From Psilocybe cubensis (Eukaryota): a DNA stretch of 64,000 nucleotides. Shown piece by piece: positions 26,939-40,709 of the stretch (positions are counted from its first letter, which is position 1; the number at the start of each line of letters is the position of its first letter). The translations under genes and the position numbers were made by a program. The notes below the pieces were generated by a model, which saw nothing but the letters and a program-made list of their open reading frames with translations, was not told where the DNA came from and ran no database searches. Where the stretch lies: the NCBI GenBank assembly GCA_017499595.2, contig CM039005.1, positions 1,922,001 to 1,986,000 of the forward strand, written 5' to 3'.

Positions 26939-28447
26939 ATGCCTTTCAACCAGGAGTTGTTTAAAGTGTGTCCTCCTTCCGTCTGGCACTTTTGAAGTAT
27001 CTCAGAGAACTGACTCGATGGTGATTGTAGAAGATAGGTAGAAAGTTGGGCACAGACCCTGTCATGGGAAGGCCTGACCTCACAGAGATATCACGGTAAG
27101 TATATTTGAACTTCAAAAGAATTTCACTTACAGGCCATTCAACTCTGTTAGATTCTTGATGTCAAATCTTGACGACCCGGATGTCCAGGAGCTATTCCAA
27201 CACGCCAATGAAGACCTGGCCAAACTAGACCAAACCACACCCAATCTAAGCGAAGTGAACTATGCATCCCTTCCTATCGAACATGAGACTGTCTGGATCA
27301 TCAACATGCAGTTTGGCGGAATGAAGACAGCCACAGGGGAGCTGCTACGCGACGACCACCCGGCTCACGTCAAGGAGCGTGCGTACCAGTCTTTCGACCT
27401 GCACGCCTGGAATTGTCGTGGGGAAGGTTCTAGGCCGGACCTCTATCGTTACATGCAAAACTATGATCGGACGCCGCCGAACTCTAAACAGGTCGAGGAG
27501 TACGTCACCTATTCCAGTACATGCTACATAACCACTAGCACCGATGACTGATACTTTTACTTCCTAGATTCATTAAACTAGCGATGGCCCATCCTCACCC
27601 AATATTTAAACCTGCTCTCCCTCATCTCCTCATCTTATCAGCCAATCTTAGCCATCACAAGCAGGCACTCAAACCGTTTCTAGATTCCTTACCTGCGCCG
27701 TTCAAATGGAAAGATACTCCAGCTGAAATTGAAGACACCATCAGGGATATGGTGTACGAGAACGGAAAGGAGCTATTTAATCAATATGTTGCAAGTGCCA
27801 AAGAGAACAAGGCATCTGGAAACAGCGCTTACGCGGCCAAGAATCGCGAGGCTGCTGTCGCCTTCTTCGAGGACGCTATCAAGTATCTGGACAGAGCATT
27901 CCGTAGGTACACACCAGCGACGGAGGCCATCAAGCAGGACGCAATGAAGCTCAAAGTCGTATGCCATGCGAACTGCTCTGCTGCTAGGTTAATGGGAGGT
28001 AACACCAGCCAGGAAAACGCAGAGAAGGCAGTTGACGATGCCGAAGATGCGATCCTTTTGGACACATTCTATGTTAAAGGGTTCGTTGTTCATTCCTTAT
28101 TTTTCCTCGATACTGGAATCTCAACTTTATCCATTCCCCTTTGTAGATATATGCGCCTGGCGCGGGCTTACCAGGCTCTCGGGCAGCGTTCTGATGCCGA
28201 AGAAGCTGTTGCGCGAGCTTTGCGCTTGAAAGAGATGGAGAACGACGAAGGTCTCGTCGACCTTCTGATATCCATTCAAACTTGTGGGAAAGGATTACCA
28301 GCCCCTGGAACTGAGCTAGCAAAGGAGTGGGTTTCAGTAACATTCTCGGACGACTCGGAGAGGGCGGAGCGCATGAAATCCGTGAACGGTCTTTGGCGCA
28401 AACGGTGCGAGGCGCATATGAAGGAGATCCAGGGTTCGTCGTATTAA
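26939..28447 (+). CDS. TPR-domain protein, paralog 2 (full length)
   Basis: Same intron positions as paralog 1; AKENKASGNSAY...CHANCSAARL...YMRLARAYQALG; extra C-terminal helix region ending VNGLWRKRCEAHMKEIQGSSY*. Confidence 0.8.
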
Positions 28448-30121
28448 TACATTTTTTTATGGTGCTTCGTTCGTTATTGTAGATTTATTGACATTATGCT
28501 GGATGTAACTCTAAAACTTGTACTATATGATTGATTTGCTTACTTCGCAGGGTTAAGCGCTCAAGTGGGAAAAATCCGGGGCCAATCGTGGCCATGCATC
28601 GGGACTTTTCTATTCTAATTTCTATTTATGGGGTTGTGGACATGCTGTCGGGTAACTGTGTAAGAGTCTTCTTTTCGTGACATCTCCAAGTCTTGCCCAC
28701 TATGAGCACAACCTCGATGTATACGCCATACTGTATCCCCCTCAACAAATCTGTCCTCATATTCTTCCCTTGCTGTCCGAGTCTTGTTCCTACGGTAAAC
28801 CCAGGGCTCCAAGCCTTTGGCATCAAACATTAAATCTTCTCCTACTGACGATCTAAAAAAGGGGAAGGACACAGGGCCAGGCGAGGCATACGTCGTCCAG
28901 GTCACAATAAAACAAGTGCAGTAATCATCTGTTCCTTTTTTTCATGAAATAGGTTAATAACTGACGGCTACACCAACAGCGAGAATGTGATTAAGGAATT
29001 GTCGACATTCTTCCTGGCTCAATACGATATCACAGTAGGTTCATAGGGATAGATGCCAGAGAGTGACAATTAAAACTATGCTCTACAGAAAGCCGTAGAA
29101 AGCGTGTTATTTGCGCATATATTCGCAATCATGCCTCCTGAAATATGCATCGAGGGTGACGGTTACATTTTACGAGGCAGTAAGCGCAATTTCCCAGCAT
29201 TCGTTCTTTGACAAAAGAACTAAAATATGAGGATACATAGAGAGGAAACCGTGGACATTTGGTCAAACCTTGAAACTTCAATGGGGAGAAGAGCACGTTC
29301 GACCTTGTAAAGATAAATGGGCGTTTATCTTTGAACTTGTGATGCCCGAAAGGCGCAATGAGAACGTGGAAATTATAAATAATACATAGTATAGATATCA
29401 AAGTTAATGTACTAAGTAACAATTGACTTTGGTTTCTAATTACACACCATGCTTTAACTGTTCGGAATATGCAGGCGAAGGCGGGAAGTGGATGGAGGGT
29501 CACACAAAATATTTTTATAATTTTTTTTATTTTTGGTGGCCGCACTTTTGTGATAGGCAAATGAACTATGTAATGAACATGGGTATGATAGTGCATAAGT
29601 GGCAAAGTGCGGAGACCGGTTTTTCATATTAATTTTCTAGGAGGCAAATAGAAGGCAGAAAAGAAGGGGAATAACAAAACCAGGGGTAAAATATTCTTGA
29701 ATGAAAAATAGAAAAATAGGCTGTGGTCAAGGAAGAAAATAGTAATGTAGAAGAAAAGATAGGCTGTGTAGATAATAGGAACAGTGATATAGAAATATCA
29801 AGAGTAGATTTGATGAAGTATATTTGAAGATAGTAATGTGAGAAGTAAAAGGGAGATGTAGAAAATAAAAAAGATCTTGGAGACAAGAAAAGGATAAATG
29901 AAACATACTCGAGCATAGTCTGTGGCACTGATGCGAGGTAGATTTCGAATTGAAGAAATCTATAACCAGGAGAAGAGACCAGTAGCCAGGTGATAGAGAT
30001 AGAGATCGGATATCGGAAGGAAAAGTATAGTGATGTTGTTGGTAATATGCTGGTGGTGATAATGATCATGGCACGTCAGACAATACCCCCTGAGCAAGGA
30101 ATGAGGATGTCGCGAGGTTCG

Positions 30122-31510
30122 TCAACCCTGACCTCCCCCTATTCCGCTTCCAAAGTCGATGCTCTCCGGGTGCGGATGGATGTATCTTGAAGAGGACGGG
30201 AATATAGAGACGTTCGGGACGTGCCCAAAGAACAAGGCGCATACAGATACTGTGACGTCTGCAGCGCTCCTTCCTACACTTGCCATTGACGTTGAAGGGC
30301 GTTGGACGGCCGTTAATTGCCTAAAAAATCGCAATGCACCACCAAGTAACAGAAGTACTGCGATTATCTATTGGCTAAATGAGATAGTTCCTAGGTAAAA
30401 GATGAACCCGCTCACCTTAAATATCCCAATGAAATAAACTTCAAATCGACCACAGTAGGAGTGTACTAGGAAAAGAAGCACAACCAAGCACTCCATGAAC
30501 TCGAAAATAACCGATAGAATAGCCAACACAGAAGATAACACGGCCCAGAATCCTTGTCCCCATTGCTCTGGCAAAAATTGTAGCCATTTGCGAGGAACTT
30601 GTTAACAGAATCCATGGTGACCTTGCTGTACCAGACCTCAATGTATCGATCGCATTTGCATCCACTGAAGCGACACTCGAATAGAGTATCGAGCTTCTGT
30701 TCTTGCATGCGACCAAAGCTGGGAAGAGAGTCATATGGTATGTATTGCAAGGTTGGCTGGTGTGCTGGTGCCGGTGTGTTTGTGACGGTGCATTGGAGGT
30801 GCCTGAAGAGTAGACTTAGAAGTGCGACGAGTCCTAGTTCAAATGTCATGTAAATCTTCCAGTCAATGTTGCTGAGTTGTCTTGATCCATCCGTTTCATC
30901 TCGACCGACGTCCACAGGCAGCGCAGGGGAACTGACAGAAAGGTGTTCCCCTCTGAAGGCGCTACCTCGGTAGACAAAGGGAGAGGCTATAACGAATTGT
31001 CATTAATCTGAGAGATTGGGATATGTAAACAGGTTAAATACACACTAGGATGGACAAAGAAAACGATGCTCCATGAGTTGGGATCTCCTCTGTGACTAAT
31101 TGAATCGACACCATGATCTGTTGTTGCGTTAGATCAGCAAGATTTATACGATGAATGAAATACAGACCAAGATTATCGTGCATGGTGGACTCGTCAACAG
31201 TGAAGTGGTTGAGGCACTCTTGTGTAGCGACAATCATTTGTATTTGAATGAAATTTGCGGGATAGTTGGTAGGACTTGTGGGGTCGACACCGTATACGTC
31301 GACGTGAAGATGCTTGGGAAACATCCAAATGAAATATAGAATGATGATGCTGGTGATAATGTTGCTAGTTGGTGGTAATAATGTTCGTTGTAGAAGCGAT
31401 AAAAGAATAGTACGAGGAGCGTCCTGAGAAGAAGAGCCAGTGAAGATCAATACGAAAATTAAGCAGTTGCTGTGGAATTAGAAACGCACCTCAGCGCTTG
31501 TGACTATCAT
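30122..31510 (-). pseudogene. Partial, frameshifted tandem copy of the modular membrane-protein gene
   Basis: Near-identical to about 31570-33030. It has 1-nt deletions relative to the upstream copy at about 30580 (GGCTACAATTTTTG vs GGCTGTCAATCTTTG) and about 30297. Splice sites are retained. Confidence 0.55.
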
Positions 31511-31727
31511 GACAAGACGGCAACGCGACAGCGAGTCATCTCCTCAGACAATGCTCGAATGCCGGGAGTTTCTCAACCCCTAACCCCCTGTACTGCTGCC
31601 AAAGTCGATGATTCTCACCGTGTGCGGATAGGTGTATCTTGAAGACGTCGGGAATATAGAGACGTTCAGGACGTGCCCAAAGAACAAGGCGCGTACAGAT
31701 ACCATGACGTCTGCATCGTTTCTTCGT

Positions 31728-34343
31728 TCACTTGCTATTGATGTTGAAGAGGCGTTGGACGGCCGTTAATTGCCTAAAAAATTGCGATGCACCACCAAGT
31801 AACAGAAGTACTGCAATTATCTATTGCCAAAATGAGATATTTCCTAGGTGAAATATGAATCCGCTCACCTTAAATATCCCAATGAAATAACCTTCAAATC
31901 GACCACAGTAGGAGTGCACCAGGAAAAGAAGCATAACAAAGCACTCCATGAACTCGACAATTACCGATAGAATAGCCAACACAGAAGATAAGCGTAGTTT
32001 CTTCCTTCGCTTGCCATTGACGTTGAAGAGGCGTTGGACGGTCGTTAATTGCCTAAAATATAGTGATGCACCACCAAGTAACAGAAGTACTGCGATTATC
32101 TATTGCCGAAATGAGATAGTTCTTTGGTCAACAATGAACCCTCTCACCTTAAAGATCCCAATGAAATAACCTTCAAATCGACCATAGAAGGAGTACACCA
32201 GGAAAAGAAGCATAACAAAGCACTCCATGAACTCGACAATTACCGATAAAATAGCCAACACAGAAGATAACACGGCCCAGAATCCTTGTCCCCATTGCTC
32301 TGACAAAGATTGACAGCCATTTGCGAGGAACTTGTTAACAGAATCCATAGTGACCTTGCTGTACCAGACCTCGATGTATCGATCGCATTTGCATCCACTG
32401 AAGCGACACTCGAATAGAGTATCGAGCTTCTGTTCTTGCATGCGACCAAAGCTGGAAAGAGAGTCATATTGTATGTACTGCAAGGTTGGCCGGGGTGCGG
32501 GTGCCAGTGGCTTTGCGACGGTGTATTGGAGGTGTCTGAAGAGTAGACTTAGAAGTGCGACGAGTCCTAGTCCAAATGCCATGTAAATCTTCCAGTCAAT
32601 GTTGCTAAGCTGTCTTGATCCATCCATTTCATCTCGACCGACGTCCACAGGCAGCGCAGGGGAACTGACAGAAAGGTGTTCCCCGCTGAAGGCGCTACTT
32701 CGGTAGACAAAGGGAGAGGCTGTATAGAATTGTCGTCAATATGAGATATTGGGGTATGTAAACACGTTAAATACACACTAGGATGGGCAAAGACAACGAC
32801 GCTCCATGACTTGGGATCTCCTCTGAGACTTAGGGAATCGACACCATGATCTGTTGCTACGTTAGATCAGGAAAATTAATATGATGAATGAAACACCGAC
32901 CGAGGTTATCGTGCATGGTGGACTCGTCAACAGTGAAGTGGTTGAGGCACTCTTGTGTGGCGACAATCCTTTGGAATTGCATGAGATTTGCGGGATATTT
33001 GATAGGAATTGTGGCATCGACAACGTATACATCAGCGTGCGAGGCTTGAGAAACGTCCATGATGTGTGCTTCGGTAAGACTGAACAAGGTAGAGGATGCT
33101 TTGGAAATGGCAGCGGCGCAGAGTGGGGTTGCGTCGCTGGAAACTTGCGGTGGTGGTATTAGAAGTATACTAACAAGCATATGTCTTTTCCTACTCACAC
33201 TGTTGGATGCCATTCATTTCGTTACTAAGGATATCTAGAAGGGGTCCGAAAATGTTTGAGTCGATACCAGGGGATATGTCAATCACGACATTGTTGGTCT
33301 GACCAAAGAAAGGTTCATTATTGCGGGTGTTGACAAATGGAGAGGCTATAAAATGTCATCGTTAATTAAAGGGGTTGGGGTATGTGAACAGGTTAGATAC
33401 ATACTAGGGTGCGCAAAGACAACGACGCTCCATGAGTTGGGATCTCCTCTATGACTTAGGGAATCGACACCATGATCTGTTGTTACTTTAGATAAGAAAG
33501 AAAATCTTAGAAGCGAAGCACCCACCGAGTCTATCGTACATGGTGGACTCGTCAACAGAGAAATAGTTGAGGCGTTGTAGTGTGGCTAGAACCGTTCGGA
33601 ACGTGAGATACTTCGCGATATCTTTTGTAATGAATGCGGCGTCGACAACGTGTACATCAGCGAGAGAGGCTTGGGTAATATCCATGAAATGTTTGTGGAT
33701 GTCAGGGGCGCCGAGTGAGATAGAGTCATTGGTACCTTGAGACGATGTCAACAAAGCATAGACGATGACGCCCTTGCCTACTCACCTAGTTGGGTGCTAT
33801 ACTCTTTGTTACTAGAAATATCCAGGAGGGGTCCGAAAATAATTGAGCCGATGCCAGGGGACATATTAACCAAGGCGTTGTTGGGCTGACCTGCTAATCA
33901 ACGGTAGTCAGCTACAAGAGCTCATTAACAGGGCGAGGGCGAGAAAACTTACCAGAGATGTTGACTAAAGAATTCTGCTCGCCGCCTTTGAAGCCTTTCC
34001 CATAATTGATGGTGCTCGAAGCGCTTGATTTGGGATGAACGACGACGAATCCACCAGTTGAAGCAGCTTCGGACTCTGGAGAGCGAAATCCAAAAGGCGA
34101 GTTCGGGAAAACAGCATCGCTGTAGCTCGAGAGGGCTGTCTTCACTGCCCAGCCCACCAAAATCAAAATGGCGAGACGTTTAAAAGCAGCGCTAGACAGG
34201 CGAGGGTATGTCCTGTGGACCCTAACGGGTGGTTGATGTCCCATGAAAACCGCTGCCATTGCTATATTAAACTCCGGGTCGGGAGTAGGGGACCTACTAA
34301 TGTAGGGCCCCACCCCTATAGACCTTGGATACAAAGGATGCAT
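31728..34343 (-). CDS. Unrecognised multi-exon membrane protein built from duplicated exon-intron modules
   Basis: About 10 exons splice by eye, using GT-AG introns, into one continuous frame from ATG 34343 to TGA 31728-31730. Several hydrophobic segments: LAILILVGWAV, FGLGLVALLSLLF, AVLSSVLAILSVIVEF, IIAVLLLLGGA. Confidence 0.6.
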
Positions 34344-34349
34344 CCAAGG

Positions 34350-34520
34350 TTGGCGCGATGTTATTCGTACAGAATTTTGGCGGCGAGGCGGATAGGCGTG
34401 TTGTTATTCGTAGATAATGTTGATGAGTTTGTTGAGAGTTGGCGAGATGTTATTCTTCAATGGCGTTCACGAGCTTGTTGAAAATAGGCGAGATGTTATT
34501 CGTCAATAATGTTGACGAAC
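34350..34520. repeat. Degenerate minisatellite of about 45 bp, 4 copies, core GGCGAGATGTTATTC
   Basis: Cores start at about 34352, 34396, 34441 and 34487. Confidence 0.7.
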
Positions 34521-37500
34521 TTGAGCGATGAGGAGCAGGCTAGCTGTTATTCAAAAATACGAGAGAGAAGTTGGCTGTGGTAGTTGTGGTATAAGGAAGA
34601 GACGGGAAGGGGAGAGAGGTTACCTTTTATCTGTCCTTTGTATTTTGGACTATTTGGAGGATTTGCCAGCCACCTCTGGGGACTCGTGCTTGAATAACCC
34701 CCAAAAAATAGAATACCGATCGCAGGTCGATCTTTGGCTGACCGCAAACATATGCAATGTTCAACCCAAGATGGTGACATCAGTACCCCAGTGTTTTACA
34801 TTCTCTAGCCAATGCATACACGAAGGCGGAGACTGAATTGACAGGCCAAGGACGAAAACATGACACCAGACCACAGAGTTTGCTTCATGTACCAACCTCC
34901 CACTGCCCATTGGTACTGGCAACAAGACTAGTTTGCATAAATTAACAGCCACATAACTGATAGCTGGACAAGCGGTTATCGTATTTAAACTAACGCCAAT
35001 ACAGATAGAGGCATATTTCGATGATAGAGGCATTGCACCGACGTCGACTTGGAAATCACCAGGCAATATCTGATTCAGTTATGGCTGACAAGGAGGATAG
35101 CCGCAGTATCACGTTAACATCGATATTTGGTACGGCAGATTCTATTTTGTGAGGTAGTAAAGAATGGTGAAGTTGCTTTGGGGTAGAGAAGAGTTATCGT
35201 GGGCAAGTTGTGAGCAACGACAAGGAACACCCGGGCAGCCACCAAAATGGGAAATCGATATGATTGTCAACATCGCGTGCTTGTTTCCCACGCTTTTGTA
35301 AAAGGCAGTCGAACTTCCGTTTTGAAGTAAATTGCAGTGCACCATCGATTGCAAGGCTACTCACCAATTCCAATTCACTCATCTACACTTGCTTCATAAA
35401 TCTCGGATGCATTAAAATTGTTATATCACTCACATGTATTTGTTAACATTCGCAGTATTCTGTACCGAAGAAAAATGGAATTTCGCGTTTCTTCTGTCTT
35501 CCGGAATTCCGTTCTCTGGCAGGTCGTGTGATTTACTTCCTCTGCCTATTCGGACGAAGAAATAGCGTCCATCCCAAGTGTTATTTACCTGCGCGCTTGG
35601 CAACTGGTTTTTCGGACACCAAATCTCACTTATCACCTATTATGTGGTGTGTTTCTCCTCATATTTGATAAGTGCGGATGATTGAATTCAATTTGGAATA
35701 AGTTTAAATAGTTTAAATGGGCATTCTGTACACACATCTCATGTCTTAAGCAAACAAGGCATCAAGTAGGCATATCCAGCAGGTGCATTTATTCGAATTT
35801 CTTAATCAGGAATTATTAACATATCACACTCATGGAAAAGACGTGTGCAAACGGTAACTTCTCCTCAGTGAGGTCTCCAATCATCAGCCATTGTGTCCTC
35901 AAGGATGATTTTGTATGAAAAGGCTTCACTAAACTCCACGTGAAGTTGCTACTCAGAAGCAAACAAACAACAGGAGACCTAAATAGATAGATCGGTACTA
36001 ATAAAGCTTTGATTCTGCTGTCATCAGTGGGTCATCTGTATGCCGCTAGAGAAGTAAGTGCCAGCCATGTCACCTTGTAGTCCGGTGCGCGATAAATTAC
36101 CACGAGCGTCAACGACTAAAGCTAAATGCGTTTGTGGCAACACCTGACACGGCTTGACAAAAAAATCAAAAAAACACAGTATCGGTTTCGGTCTCGGAAG
36201 GTATAGTACATGATACGTTGTGCTCAAAAATTTTGGCACTTTGGCGTTTGTTTAAACCGAGGGCTTGCCACTCCAATCCAGATTCCACGGAACCTGGCGA
36301 GGGCTGACATGGACATTTTTAAATCACATTTGATTCAGCTTCATGGCATAAAGCAAATCCAATGTCGAGAGTCTGGTTTTCCGTGATAACATGGGGATTG
36401 TAGATATATGAAGAGACGGCTCGACATGCCGATGAGATTTTCAAGATAACGCGTGGTTTAAGCTAACATTATCTCTATCCAAGAGCCTGAAATTCCACTA
36501 AAGCTCTATGAGTGCGAACCACTAAAAAAGGCCGAGATATCCGGGTCGACCTTCATTTGGAAGTAACAGTGCATTTAAATGCGGAGACCGTGTTCGTGAA
36601 CAAATGGTGCCTTTCGGAAAAGCCAGGATTGCATAAGATTTCAGTTGAAGCCTTTGTATTGAGAAACTGATCTGGGGTGTTTTCTTGCCGAAACGCGCAA
36701 GTGGGACAGGTCCCAATATATGTCGTCTAGGGAAAGAAACAGCGGATAGGGTCGCTTAACGGTGGATGATCTCGAATCACGCTGTGAACGAATAATCATA
36801 GGCACCGTTAAGTAAGACAAGCCAAAAACTTTGACATTCGATGATGCATCAGGTCGGCCAAAGTCAGCCTTGCACGCGATTGACTAGCATAGCTTTTGCC
36901 ACTCTAAAATACCATTAACCGCATTACCGACTGAGGGCAATACGATTGCCGAGGTGCCTGTCCGGAAGGTAGTTGTGCTTGGTGGAAAAAGGTGGATCGT
37001 ACGGGGCTGGTGCCTTGGGAAAAGTCTCCAGAAAATCCCAGGCGGATGTATGGTCAAGCGTCAGCAGCGCGGCTGCGAACGAGCAGCAGGAGACAAGCCA
37101 CAAGGAAACGCGCGGCAGCCGAGATCTTTTTCATCTATACACATCGCGTGGGGCTGGGAGCATCGATGGTCGATGTCCGATTGAAAATCACTTTGTCACA
37201 CCAGTTGGAGCAAGTACGTCCCCACTTGCCGGCCACAAATTGAGTTCACACCTATGAAAGTTTACATTTCCACTCGCTTGCGCACGAACCGGAGAAGCGG
37301 TACAGTGTAGGCTAAATAAAAAGTTTAGCGTGCTTTTGGGGGTGTGCAGGTGAAAGGACGCAGTAGTGCCTGCTTTCCGGGGCAGTGGGAAGAAATGTGT
37401 GAGGCAAATATATTCGCGGATATACCTCTAGCCATCAGGTGCCTGGTACGATTTTCCACGAGCTCCAAAGCGGTGCGATAAAATATCCCAAAGACGTCAA

Positions 37501-38656
37501 ATGCCAAGGGTGGAGGTGAGAGCGTCTGGAGCAAGAACAGAATCAATGGCTGCAGTCACTTCTAATGCGCGGGAGAAGAACGGCTGCAGACAACGCAAGC
37601 TCGAATACCAGAAACTAGCACGGCCAAATGAATGATAATACGCACTAAGAACCAGTCTCCAGCACAGAGTCATTTCCAGAAAGATTGTCACAAACGCGAT
37701 TGATGGTCGAGTTATCAGGTTTTGTGGCTGGCGGTGATGCGTCGTTAGAAGTTCACTCAAGTTGAAGCGCGTCCGGACTTAATCACCATTCGGTGATTTG
37801 GAAATTTTTCAAGAAATATTGTCCAAGTCTAGAGACTACCATCTGTGATGACCATTGAGAAATATTTACGGCATATATCTTGGGAGAAACTTGATGTACG
37901 ACGCGAAATCGTGGATTTTTGAGGCTTGCGTTCCTCTACGTAATCAAAATTGAATTATAACATGACGACTGAAATTGACATCGGGGCGGTTAGCCCTGAA
38001 AAAGTATGGCCGAGAAAGGATTTTGAATGTCGCTTTCGAAATCCCATGGCAAGGAGGAAAATAACGATTTGGATCAAAGAGACAGAAGATAGGTGCCTGA
38101 TCTCACAAGAAGGTTCAAAGCTAGATTATCGTGCTGCGCAGACAGTCATAGGAGAATTGTTGCAAATGCGGTTCCACCATACGTACACACTTTGAGAGCC
38201 ATGGAATGAAGAATAATTAGCACACTTTTGTAAGTTAGAAAGCAACGACATACCCAGACTTTGTCCCAGTGACAAGTAGGACGTTGGAAGCCATGCGAAC
38301 GGATGATTAGAAATATGAAAAAAAATGAGTATTCGTCGACAGCGTGGATAGACAAAGCGAAAACTAGGATTGGAAGGAATAACTTGAAGCTGATGACTCA
38401 AAGAGATGACAGGATCACCAAATTGAAATTAGAGGAATTTGGGACGCAATGATGCGAATGAAAACAAAGCCGGGGCAAAAAAGTGAACGGAAGAAAAAAG
38501 GAACAAGCGACATTTAGATACCAGCCTTGGGATCTCCCTTCGCTTCTTTTGAACCATATCCGCATTACATTCTACATCATTTCCGTCAAAACCCTTCGCA
38601 AAATCCTCCTACATACATCCTCAAAGCACAGCTAAACAGGTCGAGCGATCAATCAA

Positions 38657-39366
38657 TCAATCGAGGCTGGCTTTGGCATCAGCTTCGACGTCAAAATTCT
38701 CAACAAGGTCGGGGACGTCATCATCATCATCATCCTCAGCAGCTCCTGCTTGTTGCCTCTGTTGGCCTTGTTGGATAGCCTGGTAAGACTCGGCGAGTTT
38801 GCGGAGGGATGCCAATGAATCAGGACCAAGTTGGTTGAGAATTCCAGGGACAAGTTCCGTGAGCTCCTTCACGTGTCCAGTGCCATAGATGGCGAAGGTG
38901 TTGGCAGTGACAGCAGCGTGTACTGAGGGGGGAAAGAGCAATTAATTAGCGATATCTCCCGACAAAAACTGACTGACGACCAGCCCCAAAACGTGATTTT
39001 GCATGAGAAACGGCAGTTCATTCGAAAACTTACCTTTTGGTGCTGTGAAATGGAGGACATTTCCATCTTCTCTGAACATGTTCACTTCCTCAACGCCTGG
39101 GATGGGTTGCACATTCAGCTTTTTGAGGGCGCCCTGGAGCTTTTTGTCGTCTTGGGCAGCGGAAGGCTTAGTTTTCCGCACAATTTTTCGGCGCACAGTT
39201 CCCTTTCCACCTGAAATTGCGCGAATTTGCGAAAAAAATGAGGTTGAGCGAGGATTCAAGCGCCAGTACGAATCGCAGACCGAGCCACGCGTACACCGGG
39301 AAAAGGCTCACCGATCCTGTTCGCCGCAGCGGCGGCTTGCAATTTTGCCAATTTCGCGGGGTCCAT
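38657..39366 (-). CDS. EGD1: Nascent polypeptide-associated complex subunit beta (BTF3)
   Basis: [10 protein letters not shown]...[56 protein letters not shown]. Confidence 0.96.
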
Positions 39367-39541
39367 GGTCGTTATACGGTCGTGAATCGGGGGAGCCTAG
39401 GGACTGAACAAAAATTTGGGCCGTGGTCGTAGCCTGTGATGAGGACTCGAGAAAGCAATTAAGGTTCAGAGACAAACACAAGCATACAAACATTTAAATT
39501 CAGCCACCGCTTGGAGGCAATCCTTAACCTCGATAATTGCA

Positions 39542-40504
39542 ATGGCTCCCGTCTTCCACATAAGACAGGCAACTCCAGACGATGTGGTATGAAATAAAGG
39601 AACGCATGTATCGTGAGCTTGCCCTAATATCTATTGACCTTATAGGATATTATCTTGCAACTGATCATCGATCTAGTGCGTGCATTCAACTAGATAGCGC
39701 GATTACAGTGCAGATTGTAAATGAATGACTCAAATGAAATATTATTTCTGTCATTCAGGCTACTTATGAAAAGGAACCAGAGTCGGTCAAGGCTACTCCT
39801 GAACTCGTGCGTTAAATGCTCGCTCAAGTCCCCTTGGATCCTTCCGAGGCTGATCAAGGAGCATTTCCAGCTCCACAAAAATTTGTTTGAAACGCCATAT
39901 GCTCATGCTCTTCTTGCTTTTTCCGGGACCGCTGAGACTCCTGCTGAACCCATCGGATTAGCTTTGTACTTTTTCAATTTCTCCACTTGGACTGGGAAAC
40001 CAGGGCTCTATGTAAGTAGCGCTCAACGTCACGGAGAGTTGCCTTTATTCGACGCTTTGCTCAATCTGTCACGCTGACATTTTGTGTGCTTTAAGCTTGA
40101 AGACCTCTACGTGAAACCTGAACACAGGTCATTAGGCGTTGGCAAGGCATTCTTTGGCCAACTAGGAAAGATTGCACAAGAAAAGGTAACACGCACTTGA
40201 CATCTTCCACCCAGATATCCGAGGGATGCTTTCTACATGTTAGCTGACTTCTTTCGTCCTAACTCTCCGTGGGGTCCAAAGGATTGCGGCAGGCTTGATT
40301 GGTCCGTTCTGAAGGTGAGATGTTCAGAAGAAACCAGAATCTACAAACAACTCTGAAATCATATTCTTTGGTCCTTGACAACCACAGTGGAATCAGCCTT
40401 CCATCGACTTTTACGAGAAAAGACTTGGTGCAACACCCATGTCAGAATGGATGGGCATGAGGCTTGAAGGCCAGGGCATCAAGAACCTCAACCAGTTTCT
40501 TTGA
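39542..40504 (+). CDS. GNAT N-acetyltransferase, diamine/polyamine acetyltransferase-like
   Basis: IRQATPDD, LATYEKEPESV, LYFFNFSTWTGKPGLYLEDLYV...RSLGVGK, RLDWSVLKWNQPSIDFY. Confidence 0.9.
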
Positions 40505-40709
40505 CCTAAGTCCACAGCGGCGAAGCTAAACTTTGTCAAGAAGCTATTCTAAACCATACACACGAACCTATATCATAAGAACTCAAAAAGAACCAGAGCA
40601 GATTCCTAGATATCGGGCTTTCAGATAGTATTAGTTCGATCAGGTTATACGTCCTGGTTTCCAATTGATTTATACATTCTAATATAACTTCTGGCGCATC
40701 TGGTACGAA

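Noticed and set aside
29629..30069. 146-aa F/S/I/L-rich ORF suggesting a mitochondrial insertion (NUMT)
   Set aside because: No recognisable mitochondrial protein motif; the composition follows from strand skew
30368..32147. Conserved in-frame TAG in three repeat copies suggesting stop-codon readthrough
   Set aside because: The TAG is the 3' acceptor of a 48-nt GTGAG...TAG intron whose removal keeps the frame
30100..33900. Direct repeats as LTRs of a retrotransposon or as a CRISPR-like array
   Set aside because: No gag/pol/transposase motifs or TG...CA termini were seen; the repeats carry exon-intron structure and the DNA is eukaryotic
34550..38500. Many short ORFs
   Set aside because: No motifs or consistent splice chain could be supported
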